Assembly (NCBI GenBank): GCA_047639315.1 | Contig: JBLINQ010000001.1 | Location: 20,010-84,009 of the forward strand | Source: Planctomycetota bacterium | GTDB taxonomy: Bacteria; Planctomycetota; GCA-002687715; DRQF01 | Reading direction: 5' to 3' | DNA length: 64,000 nucleotides | Shown: positions 29,064 through 38,456 of the stretch, one piece after another | How the letters are laid out: each line of letters begins with the position of its first letter | Position numbering within the stretch: position 1 is the stretch's first letter | Made by a program: the position numbers and the translations under genes | The notes under the pieces: model-generated | The model's input: the letters and a program-made list of their open reading frames with translations, nothing else | Database searches by the model: none | What the model was told of the DNA's origin: nothing

Positions 29064-29230
29064 CTACAGAGAATCTCGATCGCTTCAATGATATCTTGAT
29101 CGTTGCGATGAAGGGTAATCTCGCTGGTGTCGTTGCCACGATGGGAGCCTCTCTTCCCTGTCGAATTCGACGAGGAAGCGGGTAAACCCACAACAGCGCC
29201 AATATTAGATGCCTTGATGATATTACTCAT
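29006..29230 (-). CDS. Small hypothetical ORF (74 aa) translationally coupled to fliA.
   Basis: Its start overlaps the fliA stop by 8 nt. There is no recognisable motif. It competes with the alternative-frame ORF 29002..29202. Confidence 0.3.
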   Translation of the reverse strand: MSNIIKASNIGAVVGLPASSSNSTGKRGSHRGNDTSEITLHRNDQDIIEAIEILCSCGQTTFVECVYPSQENAS

Positions 29231-29984
29231 TGACCGGTTCCGCCTTGGGCCGTGTTGTCATGGCCTTATTGAGCCGATAGATGGCTCGACTGTGAATTTG
29301 ACTGACTCGACTTTCTGAAACGTCAAGCACGGCACCGATTTCCTTCAGGAGAAGACCTTCGGCATAGTAGAGAACGATGACTCGCCTCTCATTTTCTGGT
29401 AACTCGTAAATCAAGTCAGCAATCATCGACTTGAGCTCTGAGGCTTCAGCGATATCAGAAGGATCAACACTCGAGGCGCAAGCAATGGCATCTGAGAGTC
29501 GAGCTCCTTCACCGTCGCCAGAGCCTTCGTCGAGCGACATGACGGAGGCGCCCTGCATGTTGACGAGAATGTCGTCTACCTGCTCGACCTTGAGTCCCAT
29601 GGACTTTGCGATTTCTTCTGGCGTCGCAGCTCGTCCGAGCTGATCTTCCAATTCGAGTTCTGTCTTCTTGAAGAATTTGATTCGGTCCCTCCGTGAGCGA
29701 GGAACGATGTCGTACTTGCGCAATTCGTCGAGGATCGCTCCACGAATGTTCACGTAAGCATGAGTCTTGAACTGGGCACCCTTCGTGGAGTCATAAGTTC
29801 GCGCAGCATTCATGAGCCCAAGCACGCCGACCTCGAATAGATCGTCCTGATCCATGAAGGCAGGTAGCGTTAAGGGCAAACGGCCAAGGACGTGGCGCAC
29901 CAATGGCAGGTACTCTTCCACAAGCTTGTTGCGGTCCTCGTCCGTGATCGAACGGCGTGAATAAATCTGCACCGCATCGCTCAT
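29223..29984 (-). CDS. fliA: Flagellar sigma factor sigma-28 (FliA/WhiG family).
   Basis: Region 2 reads DLFEVGVLGLMNAARTYDSTKGAQFKTHAYVNIRGAILDELRK. Region 4 reads RRVIVLYYAEGLLLKEIGAVLDVSESRVSQIHSRAIYRL. Confidence 0.85.
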   Translation of the reverse strand: MSDAVQIYSRRSITDEDRNKLVEEYLPLVRHVLGRLPLTLPAFMDQDDLFEVGVLGLMNAARTYDSTKGAQFKTHAYVNIRGAILDELRKYDIVPRSRRDRIKFFKKTELELEDQLGRAATPEEIAKSMGLKVEQVDDILVNMQGASVMSLDEGSGDGEGARLSDAIACASSVDPSDIAEASELKSMIADLIYELPENERRVIVLYYAEGLLLKEIGAVLDVSESRVSQIHSRAIYRLNKAMTTRPKAEPVNE

Positions 29985-30313
29985 GTGCGAACTCCATCAT
30001 TTGCTTCTGGGGCGACCATTCTCTTGCGCCAGTCGTGAAGGACAAAAGTGAATAGAAAGCGGGTAGCCACGCTGACAAAAACCCACATCACGACACCTGC
30101 GAGGAGGCTGCGCGTCACTGCCGTTGTCGCGGGGACACCGGCAAGTCCGGCCACCCCAAAGACAATTGCAGCGGTCGGAATCGAAACCCCGGCGCCCGCA
30201 AGTTTCCCTAAGGCTTTGGCCCCAGAGCCCTTGGGTCGGACTGTGTCTGGTTTTTTGACCTCCGCATCGCCGACTTCGGCTGGGAGGCTTTCTGGTTCTT
30301 TGTTCACTCTCAT
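29981..30313 (-). CDS. Small two-TM membrane protein (110 aa) lying between flhA and fliA.
   Basis: Two hydrophobic helices are present (IPTAAIVFGVAGLAGV and LLAGVVMWVFVSVATRFLFTFVL). It overlaps the fliA start by 4 nt. No known family is recognised. Confidence 0.5.
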   Translation of the reverse strand: MRVNKEPESLPAEVGDAEVKKPDTVRPKGSGAKALGKLAGAGVSIPTAAIVFGVAGLAGVPATTAVTRSLLAGVVMWVFVSVATRFLFTFVLHDWRKRMVAPEANDGVRT

Positions 30314-30356
30314 TCCCTATCTCACAGGGCTCTCTTCGGGACTTCTATCGGCATTT

Positions 30357-32453
30357 TCATGCACTCAACTCAAGAGAAACTGGTTCGGCAGTGGGTGTTA
30401 TTGAAACTTGGCCGACGGGTTCGACCTTCTTGGCAGAAGTAATTTCATTGAACGCCAGTACTGGGATTCGAGGTTTCATGCCGTGGAGCATGTCGGCGAT
30501 GTAGCGCCTGACAGTCGCACGCGTCAGGATGATAGGTTCCTTGCCCATCTGTATGGCATCGGTGTAGCAGGCTGCAGCACTCTCCTGGATCTTCTGCAGA
30601 GTCACGGCAGTCATGGTGCCAGTAGATTGTCCGATGAGTTCTTGCTCGATTGCACTCTCCAAGTGTGGGTCAACCACAATGCAAGCGATTTCGCCTCCCT
30701 TGCCGCCATGCATTTCACACAAAACTCGTCCCATCCTCTGCCTCACCAACTCAGTGAGCTGCTCCGGATCTTTGATTTTCTTCCCGTGATCAGCGAGCAC
30801 CTCGAGGATGACTGGCAGGTTGCGAATCGGGACTCGCTCTCGAAGTAGATTCTGGAGGACGCATTGGATCTCTCCCAACCCAAGGATCTCTGGCACCAAT
30901 TCGCCTACGACTGTCGGTGCGTCTTCTTTGATTCGATCAATCAAAGCCTGGACATCTTCTCGTGTCAGAACTTCTGCCGAGTGTTCTCGAATCGTCTCGG
31001 TCAAGTGAGTCACCATGACGCTAATCGCATCAACAACGGTATAACCTAGCATCTCAGCCTCATTCTTAAGTTCGTCGCGAACCCAGACAGCAGGCATTCC
31101 GAACGTCGGATCGAAACCCCGAACACCGTCGACTTCCTCGGTCACCGTGCCCGGATTCATGGCGAGATAATGGTTGGGGTAGAGCATCCCCTTAGCGACT
31201 TCCTGGCCGCCAATCAGGATGCGATATTCGTTGGCATCCATCGCCAAGTTATCGCGCAACCGGATGGGGGGGATGATAATGCCCAGTTCTTTCGCGAACT
31301 GTTTTCGTACCATGCCGATGTGATCCAAAAGGCCACCCTTCTGGTCAGCGCCAACGATCTGAATTAACCGGTATCCAATCTCGATGCCCATGCGGTCGAC
31401 ATGAAGCAACCGACCAAGTGTTTCAGGTGTCAACTCCGGACCATCATCCTCCGGAGCTATATCAGTACTGGCCGCTTCAGCAGCAGCTTCTTCCTCCGCT
31501 TGGATACGGACAATACGCCGCCGCGCGAAGAACATGCCAACGGCAATGGCGATGAATGGGATCTTCGGGAAACCTGGCACGAGAGCCATTGAGAACAAGA
31601 CAAATGCGGCAATGCCCAGAGCTCGAGAATTGCTAAAGAGCTGGCTGCCAAATTCGGTAGACATCTGTTTCTTGCTTGATGTCTTGGTCACTAAGAGGCC
31701 AGCAGCAATACCGATGATGAGCGCAGGAGTCTGGCTCACAAGACCGTCACCAATGGTTAGGATGCTGTACTTTTCAAGGGCCTCAACAAGGCCCAAGTCG
31801 TTTGACATACCGATCACGACGCCGCCCAAGACGTTGATGATGGTAATAATCAAACCGGCAACCGCATCCCCTCGAACAAACTTACCCGCACCATCCATGG
31901 CACCGTAAAATTCGGCTTCCTCTGAAATCTTCTCGCGCCTAACCTTGGCTTCATCTTCGTCGATGAGACCAGAGTTAAGGTCGGCGTCAATGGCCATTTG
32001 CTTACCAGGCATCGCGTCCAAAGTAAATCGAGCCGCGACTTCGCCAATTCGGTTCGAACCTTTGGTAATCACAATGAACTGAATGATGACTAAGATCGAG
32101 AAGATGACGACACCAACCACAAGGTTGCCACCCACCACGAAGTCCCCGAATGCCTGAATCACATTGCCCGCCTGACCCTTCAGTAGAATCAATCTCGTTG
32201 ATGCCACGTTGAGAGCCAATCGGAATAGAGTCGTCAACAACAAGAGGGTTGGGTAACTGGACAGCTCAAGCGATTCTTTTGCGCTTAGAGTAATCAAGAG
32301 CAAAAGCGTTGCGAAGGCGATGTTCATTGCGATGAACACGTCCAAGACAATAGGAGGCAGAGGAACGATCAATACGAAGATCATTCCCATGACGCCTAGC
32401 CCAAGACCGACTTCGCCCTTCAACCCGCCTTTTGTTTTTTCAAATTCCGCCAT
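30357..32453 (-). CDS. flhA: Flagellar biosynthesis protein FlhA (type III export gate).
   Basis: It is 698 aa with N-terminal TM helices (FIAMNIAFATLLLLITL, FGDFVVGGNLVVGVVIFSILVIIQFIVITKG) and a large cytoplasmic domain typical of FlhA. Confidence 0.9.
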   Translation of the reverse strand: MAEFEKTKGGLKGEVGLGLGVMGMIFVLIVPLPPIVLDVFIAMNIAFATLLLLITLSAKESLELSSYPTLLLLTTLFRLALNVASTRLILLKGQAGNVIQAFGDFVVGGNLVVGVVIFSILVIIQFIVITKGSNRIGEVAARFTLDAMPGKQMAIDADLNSGLIDEDEAKVRREKISEEAEFYGAMDGAGKFVRGDAVAGLIITIINVLGGVVIGMSNDLGLVEALEKYSILTIGDGLVSQTPALIIGIAAGLLVTKTSSKKQMSTEFGSQLFSNSRALGIAAFVLFSMALVPGFPKIPFIAIAVGMFFARRRIVRIQAEEEAAAEAASTDIAPEDDGPELTPETLGRLLHVDRMGIEIGYRLIQIVGADQKGGLLDHIGMVRKQFAKELGIIIPPIRLRDNLAMDANEYRILIGGQEVAKGMLYPNHYLAMNPGTVTEEVDGVRGFDPTFGMPAVWVRDELKNEAEMLGYTVVDAISVMVTHLTETIREHSAEVLTREDVQALIDRIKEDAPTVVGELVPEILGLGEIQCVLQNLLRERVPIRNLPVILEVLADHGKKIKDPEQLTELVRQRMGRVLCEMHGGKGGEIACIVVDPHLESAIEQELIGQSTGTMTAVTLQKIQESAAACYTDAIQMGKEPIILTRATVRRYIADMLHGMKPRIPVLAFNEITSAKKVEPVGQVSITPTAEPVSLELSA

Positions 32454-32483
32454 CTCTATTCACCCGTTCATGGTTGCTGGTCT

Positions 32484-33557
32484 CTAAGACCGTGCAAATT
32501 TCATTTTGTTCTTTTTCTTGAAGACGAAAGCCAAGACCGCAGCAACGGCTTTGAACAATCGCTCAGGAATCACTTCGCCTACCTCCACACTGCGGTGGAG
32601 CTCCCGTGCGAGGGGCCGGTTCTCAACAACTTCAACCCCAGCATCTTCGGCGAGCTTGATGATTCTTAGCGCCATGTGGCCGCGCCCTTTGGCCACGACC
32701 ATCGGCGAGCTATTTGCGTCGCTGTCGTACTTCAGAGCCACCGCGAAGTGCGTCGGATTTCGAACGACAACATCGGCGGTCTTCACGTCTTGTTGCATGC
32801 GTTGCATCGCAAGGCTCATTTGGATCGACTTGATCTTCGCCTTGATCTTGGGATCGCCTTCTGACTTCTTGCGCTCTTCCTTGACGTCTTCTTTCGACAT
32901 CATGAGGTCCTTCTTGTGTTTCCAGATGCGATAGAAAAGGTCGAGGATGCCGACGGCAAAAAGCCCGGCGGCAACGCGGAAACCCATTAGGAAAATGAGA
33001 TCAACCGTCTCGGCGACGATGTGGGGTAAGGGTGCGCCAGAAAGCTTAAGAATAACCGGCATGGCGCCGGCAATGGTCACCCAAACAACCATCCCTACCA
33101 AGGCCATCTTGACTAAGTTCTGTATCGTGGTGACGACGCTATTGAGTGAGAAGAGCTTCTTGATTCCCTTCAGAGGATTAAGCTTGCTCAACTCTGGCTC
33201 TAACTTCTTAGTACTGAGGACCAACTTGGTTTGCATCAGCCCAGGAATTAGTGTGATGAAGAATGCAGCCGCGAAAATTGGACCAACCGCACCCAGGAGT
33301 TCTGCGCCCAAACTGCCAAGAAATGCACTTGGGTCGGTGGTCACGAAGGACTCAGTTGGAAGCCGAAAACTTGTCTGGAGACGATTCGATAACATTGCGA
33401 AGATCGAGTCACCGACGCCCTTGATCATGGCGATACCGCAAAGGAAAATCACCGCTCCGGTGAGTTCCTTACTGTAGGCAATCTGCCCTTTCTTCGCGGC
33501 CTCAGAGGCCTTTTTGGGCGTGGCCTGTTCTGTTTTTTCTTGGGCGCTATCGGCCAT
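32484..33557 (-). CDS. flhB: Flagellar biosynthesis protein FlhB.
   Basis: It has four TM helices and the autocleavage motif NPTH (VVRNPTHFAVAL). Confidence 0.9.
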   Translation of the reverse strand: MADSAQEKTEQATPKKASEAAKKGQIAYSKELTGAVIFLCGIAMIKGVGDSIFAMLSNRLQTSFRLPTESFVTTDPSAFLGSLGAELLGAVGPIFAAAFFITLIPGLMQTKLVLSTKKLEPELSKLNPLKGIKKLFSLNSVVTTIQNLVKMALVGMVVWVTIAGAMPVILKLSGAPLPHIVAETVDLIFLMGFRVAAGLFAVGILDLFYRIWKHKKDLMMSKEDVKEERKKSEGDPKIKAKIKSIQMSLAMQRMQQDVKTADVVVRNPTHFAVALKYDSDANSSPMVVAKGRGHMALRIIKLAEDAGVEVVENRPLARELHRSVEVGEVIPERLFKAVAAVLAFVFKKKNKMKFARS

Positions 33558-33559
33558 GA

Positions 33560-34321
33560 CTATTCAAACATCTCAAACAGGAAAATCTCAAGGTCTTCAA
33601 ACACATCGATCATCGACGGAGCTAAAACATGGATTGTGGTCACTAATAAAATCAGGCCAGTCAGAATCTTGGCTGGAAAAGCAAATTGCATGACCTGTAA
33701 CTGAGGTGCAACACGGGCAACGATCGCCAGGGCGATCGCGATGGCGAAGAGAGCAACGAAGACCGGAGCGCACACTTGAAGGGCGGAGGCGAACATGCCC
33801 GATGAAAACAACACGAGCGCGCTGAAGAACTCTCTCGACATGTCGAATTTGCCGACAGGGTACACTTCAAAAGACCTCGCCAAGGCGCGAATGATGACGT
33901 GATGGCCATTCGTCATGAAGAAGATCATCATCCCGATCGACTCAAAGAGATGCGCAATCAACTGTGAGTTGACTCCAGTAATGGGGTCCTGGATGCTCGC
34001 CATGTTGAAGCCCATCTCTTCACCAATGATGTGGCCGCAGATGCGGAGGGTGGCGAATGAAATCAAGACAATGAAGGCAAGGATAAAGCCGAAGAGGCTT
34101 TCCTTTAGGACCATGACCGCAAGGAAGAGGGACTGGCCCGGATCGTCGAATTGATCGATGTCAGCAAGTAAAGAGAGGATCGTTCCAAGGGCAACACCTA
34201 AACCAACCCGGGCCATACGCGAAGTACCGCCCTGTCCAAAAATTGGTAAAGGTCCTACCAGCGCTAGGCAACGAACCCAGTGCAGCATGATGAAACGAAC
34301 ATTCTCTTCGAGGAATTCCAA
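33560..34321 (-). CDS. fliR: Flagellar export apparatus protein FliR.
   Basis: It is a 253-aa polytopic membrane protein positioned between fliQ and flhB. Confidence 0.8.
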   Translation of the reverse strand: MEFLEENVRFIMLHWVRCLALVGPLPIFGQGGTSRMARVGLGVALGTILSLLADIDQFDDPGQSLFLAVMVLKESLFGFILAFIVLISFATLRICGHIIGEEMGFNMASIQDPITGVNSQLIAHLFESIGMMIFFMTNGHHVIIRALARSFEVYPVGKFDMSREFFSALVLFSSGMFASALQVCAPVFVALFAIAIALAIVARVAPQLQVMQFAFPAKILTGLILLVTTIHVLAPSMIDVFEDLEIFLFEMFE

Positions 34322-34332
34322 GGCTCAACCTT

Positions 34333-34602
34333 TCACAGTGCCGCGTCGACAAGCGACCGGAATACATCAGTTGTGAAAGTGCCCAGTGTCTTCAGGATGT
34401 ATGGCATCATGAGGACGATCGTCATACCCACGGCGAGGATCTTCGGGATCATCGTGAGGGTCTGCTCCTGGACACTGGTAATGGCCTGAAAAATCGCCAT
34501 CAGGATGCCGATTAACATGCCAACAATCATGGCAGGTCCGGCGACCCAAATGGCGGTTAGAAAAGCTTCTCTCGCTAGATTCACCACGTAGCCTTCATCC
34601 AT
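34333..34602 (-). CDS. fliQ: Flagellar export apparatus protein FliQ.
   Basis: It is an 89-aa two-TM protein (LAREAFLTAIWVAGPAMIVGMLIGILMAIFQAITSVQEQTL). Confidence 0.85.
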   Translation of the reverse strand: MDEGYVVNLAREAFLTAIWVAGPAMIVGMLIGILMAIFQAITSVQEQTLTMIPKILAVGMTIVLMMPYILKTLGTFTTDVFRSLVDAAL

Positions 34603-34614
34603 TTGAAATTCCTC

Positions 34615-35412
34615 CTAACCGACGATTTGGAAACTTTCCATCAGGGAGCCGATCACGAGTGACCAGCCATCGACCATGATGAAAAGGAGTATCTTGAAAG
34701 GTGTCGAAATGATGACCGGCGGCAACATCATCATGCCCATGGCCAAGAGCAAGCTGGCAACGACCATGTCCACGATCAGGAATGGGATGTAGACCAAGAA
34801 GCCCATCTTGAATGCCACTTTGAGTTCACTGAGAGTGAACGCCGGAATCAACACGGTAATTGGTACATCAGCTGCCGTAGCCGGTTCGTCGGCACTTGTT
34901 ACATCGAGGAAGAGTTGAATCTCGTCCTCCTGTGCATGCCGTAGCAAGAAACCGTGCATGACGTCATGAGCTTTGTCGGCAGCTTCGCCCAAAGCGATCT
35001 CGTCTTCCATGTAAGGAGAAACCGCACCATCATAAATCTCTTGAAACACCGGCTGCATAACAGCGATGGATAGGAACAAAGCCATGCCGATCACGATTTG
35101 ATTTGGCGGCATATCCTGAATTGAAAGTGCTTTTCGAACGAACGACAACACGATGATGATGCGGGTGAACGCAGTGATCGTCATCAGGATGCTTGGCAGC
35201 GCAGCGAGCGCTGTCAAGACCAAGACGATCTTCATCGATGTTCCCATTTCGAAGCCCTCGGTAAGGGACTCCACGTCAAAGGATGATTCTGGCTGTTCAC
35301 CGGTGAGTGTGATTTCAGCTGGATCTGTTTCTTGGGCACTCGCCACCGGAGTCATGAAACTGATTAAGGCAAAGATCGCCAAGGACAAGATGTAAAGTGA
35401 TCGATGCTTCAC
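34615..35412 (-). CDS. fliP: Flagellar export apparatus protein FliP.
   Basis: It has a signal peptide and the conserved FTRIIIVLSFVRKALSIQDMPPNQIVIGMALFL segment. Confidence 0.9.
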   Translation of the reverse strand: MKHRSLYILSLAIFALISFMTPVASAQETDPAEITLTGEQPESSFDVESLTEGFEMGTSMKIVLVLTALAALPSILMTITAFTRIIIVLSFVRKALSIQDMPPNQIVIGMALFLSIAVMQPVFQEIYDGAVSPYMEDEIALGEAADKAHDVMHGFLLRHAQEDEIQLFLDVTSADEPATAADVPITVLIPAFTLSELKVAFKMGFLVYIPFLIVDMVVASLLLAMGMMMLPPVIISTPFKILLFIMVDGWSLVIGSLMESFQIVG

Positions 35413-36083
35413 GCTTCCACCTCCATCGCTGCCATGTTTCTTCTGGGGCGGGACATACTCTCTGAGAGTTTTGTTGAGAAATTCAATGGAGTGTCGGTTT
35501 CGACCGCCTCAATTTCGTCTGCGGAGAACTCAGAAAGGACACTCATTGAGTCGGCGGTTGCTCCAACGATGATGTTGCGGCCGTAGGCACTGACGATGAA
35601 AACCTGCTTCTTTGGGCCCAAGGGAATGACGTCGACCAACTCCAAGACTTTGTTGCCTTGTGGGCGCATACGCATCTTCTTGAGGAATCGACTGCAACCA
35701 ACGGCGGCAGCAAAGACCAGTAGTAGAACGAGGCCAAGGGCGCCGATTGTTCCCCAGATCGAACCAGCGCCTGGTCCCTCGGGGCTGGTCACCTTGCGTT
35801 TGGATGTGCGCCAGCTCGCCTTCTTCGGGGTTGCCAATGCAGCCTCGAGTGCGTCATGGCCTTCTTTGACTTCAGGTTCTCTTGATTCGACGGCTTTGGC
35901 CGACTCGGCGGGACTTGGCTCTTGATCATCACCAATCAGTCCGGCGGCGAGAAACGCGAAAAGCGCAAGTGCTACAGCACCGACCATCCAGATGGTCCGA
36001 TCGCCCTTTGAGTTTCCTTCGCGGAGAAAGTTTTTCACCAACATGCATTCTCTTCCTGGTTCAGAGTGGGTCCTAATGCCCAC
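35409..36083 (-). CDS. fliO: FliO-like protein with an extra N-terminal TM and linker.
   Basis: The TM GALGLVLLLVFAAAVG is followed by LKKMRMRPQGNKVLELVDVIPLGPKKQVFIVSAYGRNIIVGATADSMSVLSEF, which follows the FliO pattern. It overlaps fliP by 4 nt. Confidence 0.65.
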   Translation of the reverse strand: MGIRTHSEPGRECMLVKNFLREGNSKGDRTIWMVGAVALALFAFLAAGLIGDDQEPSPAESAKAVESREPEVKEGHDALEAALATPKKASWRTSKRKVTSPEGPGAGSIWGTIGALGLVLLLVFAAAVGCSRFLKKMRMRPQGNKVLELVDVIPLGPKKQVFIVSAYGRNIIVGATADSMSVLSEFSADEIEAVETDTPLNFSTKLSESMSRPRRNMAAMEVEA

Positions 36084-36266
36084 ATGGCCAACTACAATGG
36101 CCGTGCCAAACCCAGCAGGCTTTTTCGATTGGTCTTAAGTTCTTTTCAGGAATGCACTTAGGTGGGATGTCGTAGAATCCCACAACACTGGCAGAAGGGG
36201 ACTGTCGTCGAATTATCCAACGGTCGTCTGGAAACGCGTCAGTCTAGGGGCTGTTGATGGGGTGGA

Positions 36267-36455
36267 TTACTTGGCCCGGAAGAACCGTTGCTCGACGCCA
36301 CCTTTACCAACGGCCGCGCGGATCCGGCGATAGCAGCGGGGGCAGCCACCAACGTAAGCGTCCCCTTTCACATTCCGGTAAATGCGGGCGTAAACCTTGC
36401 AACATTCAAAGTAGATGCCGATGAATGGACGTCTTGGTCGAGCGGTCGGTGTCAT
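36267..36455 (-). CDS. Small Cys-rich basic ORF (62 aa), possibly a zinc ribbon.
   Basis: The cysteine pattern is CC-x24-C-x2-C (FECCKVYARIYRNVKGDAYVGGCPRCYRRI). It overlaps an alternative plus-strand ORF and is not otherwise supported. Confidence 0.25.
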   Translation of the reverse strand: MTPTARPRRPFIGIYFECCKVYARIYRNVKGDAYVGGCPRCYRRIRAAVGKGGVEQRFFRAK

Positions 36456-36566
36456 TTTCTGTCTATCGTCCTTTTCCCCAGAATCTCTTCTGCGATATTT
36501 CTGAGGGCACCCAAGGTTGACGAGGTCCCCTTGTTCCGCAATTTGGTGTTAGAACAGAGGTGATTC

Positions 36567-37517
36567 ATGAGCGAGCCTTGGCTGGTGTATTGGCCCAACC
36601 GTTTTGTTGACTGGAGATCAAAGATGTCGCACCTTCTGAAATTGGCCCCTCTTCTACTTGTCGTAGGACTCGTTGTGTTGCTCTCGTCGTCAAGGAACGA
36701 GACGATCCCTCTGCCAGAGGAAATCGCTATCGGCATTACCAGCGATTGGATGCGGGATGGCATTTGGGATGATGGTAATGCTGAATATTCGGTCTATGAC
36801 GCTGAGTGGCGGCGCTATGGCCGACTGAACAAGGGGCGTGTGTGCATGTTGATCGTGAAGGAACCATGGCAGGCGAAGCTCGACACGAAGTCGGAAGGAG
36901 GCCAACCCGCCGATTTTGATGTTCTTAAGCTGAACGTCATCCGAGATATCAATACAGGTGTTTATACCTATGAGCAAATGGCAAGCGTCTTTGCTCGTCG
37001 CGATACAGGTGCCTTGCGCAAGTATGTCACAGGAAGCTTGGAGGCTTGCGGGCAGACGTCGACGATGTTGATGAAGGGCCAGTTGTCAACGCGATCTTAT
37101 TGGGGTGATCAAGGTAATCGCGACCAGAACTGGCCGGCGAATGCGATTCCTGAGGATGCATTGCCGCTCTATCTTCGTGGACTCATGACCGGCGAATTAC
37201 CGACGTCGATTTCCGTATTTCCATCTCTGATGGCCGGGCGTTTACCACGATTAGAGCCAACCACGTTTTCTGTGGAGCGAAAACTTGACGTGACGGTCAA
37301 GACAGCCGCGGGCACTTTCAACACGGTGTCGTTCACTCTTTCATATGGACGTGAAAACCGCGTTTTCCAATTCGACTCAACCGCCAAAGGAAGAACGCTC
37401 GTTCGATTCCGACATAGCAATGGAACGGAATACACCTTGGCGAAAACGGAGCGTATGCCCTATTGGCAGATGAACGGACCAGCAGACGAGGCCTGGTGGC
37501 CCAAGCGACTGCGCTGA
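36567..37517 (+). CDS. Hypothetical protein with an N-terminal TM anchor.
   Basis: A TM helix (LLKLAPLLLVVGLVVLLSS) precedes a ~280-aa soluble domain with no recognisable motif. Confidence 0.5.
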   Translation: MSEPWLVYWPNRFVDWRSKMSHLLKLAPLLLVVGLVVLLSSSRNETIPLPEEIAIGITSDWMRDGIWDDGNAEYSVYDAEWRRYGRLNKGRVCMLIVKEPWQAKLDTKSEGGQPADFDVLKLNVIRDINTGVYTYEQMASVFARRDTGALRKYVTGSLEACGQTSTMLMKGQLSTRSYWGDQGNRDQNWPANAIPEDALPLYLRGLMTGELPTSISVFPSLMAGRLPRLEPTTFSVERKLDVTVKTAAGTFNTVSFTLSYGRENRVFQFDSTAKGRTLVRFRHSNGTEYTLAKTERMPYWQMNGPADEAWWPKRLR

Positions 37518-37532
37518 TCGCGGTTGGCTGAC

Positions 37533-38390
37533 CTACGGTTGCGAAAGTCGAATGATTTCTGTGGCCATGGACATCGATGCAGCAATGACAATTGGTTCGG
37601 TAGACAGGGGGTCGTACTGATCACCCTGGGCGTTCAGATAGACACCCCCTGCTTCTTCAATGATCAGTTGAATCGGGATGACGTCCCAAATTTCTTGCTT
37701 GCGCTTCTTTGGGTTGTTGTCGTGGACGACAGCTCCAAGCGTGTCTCGAGAATCTGTGATGCGAAGGGCGAGACCCGAGCCCGGTGGGTCTATGGTAACC
37801 ATGAAGGCGCCGTCTTTGGTTCGTAATGATTCTCGGGACCGCACAAAGAACTCTGTCTCGAGGGTCTTGTCACCATAGTGATTCATGGCGACCCAAGCGC
37901 TCTGTAGCTTGCTACCGGCACCCGGTACTTGGATGCTCTTCTCGTTGCAAAAGGCACCGCCCCCAAGAGCTGCGCAATACGTCTCATCAGTGAATGGGAA
38001 GCGAACAACGCTAACGACGGTTTCGCCGCCGAGCCGCAAGGCAATCATGGTGCTGACGAGTTCGAGTCGTGCCCGTGCCAAGTACGAGTTGGTGCCATCC
38101 AAGGGATCAACAATCCAACATTCATCAGGAAATTCGTCAAAATCTGGACAGAGTTCTTCCGAGATTACAGGGATATCGGGAAATGCATCGGTCAAGAAAC
38201 GTGTGATCGTATGATCGATCTTCACGTCGATTTCAGACACGTAGTCACCGACGCTCTTAGTGCTCATGTTGAAGTCGTGGAGTTGCCCCTCTCGTGCAAT
38301 CGCGCAGCCCAAAGCAGCCGCTTCGATCGCGACTTTGAGATATTGGTAGTGGGGCATGTCCGCATGGAAGGCTTGGCTCATCATCGTCAA
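37533..38390 (-). CDS. Inositol monophosphatase family protein (SuhB/CysQ-like).
   Basis: WIVDPLDGTNSYL is the IMPase DPIDGT motif, and GGGAFCNE and WDV motifs are present. Confidence 0.8.
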   Translation of the reverse strand: MTMMSQAFHADMPHYQYLKVAIEAAALGCAIAREGQLHDFNMSTKSVGDYVSEIDVKIDHTITRFLTDAFPDIPVISEELCPDFDEFPDECWIVDPLDGTNSYLARARLELVSTMIALRLGGETVVSVVRFPFTDETYCAALGGGAFCNEKSIQVPGAGSKLQSAWVAMNHYGDKTLETEFFVRSRESLRTKDGAFMVTIDPPGSGLALRITDSRDTLGAVVHDNNPKKRKQEIWDVIPIQLIIEEAGGVYLNAQGDQYDPLSTEPIVIAASMSMATEIIRLSQP

Positions 38391-38456
38391 TCAATCTCTC
38401 GCAGTGTCAACAGACCTTGACCTAAAGAATTTTAGACCGATAGAGGACAAAGCCTA

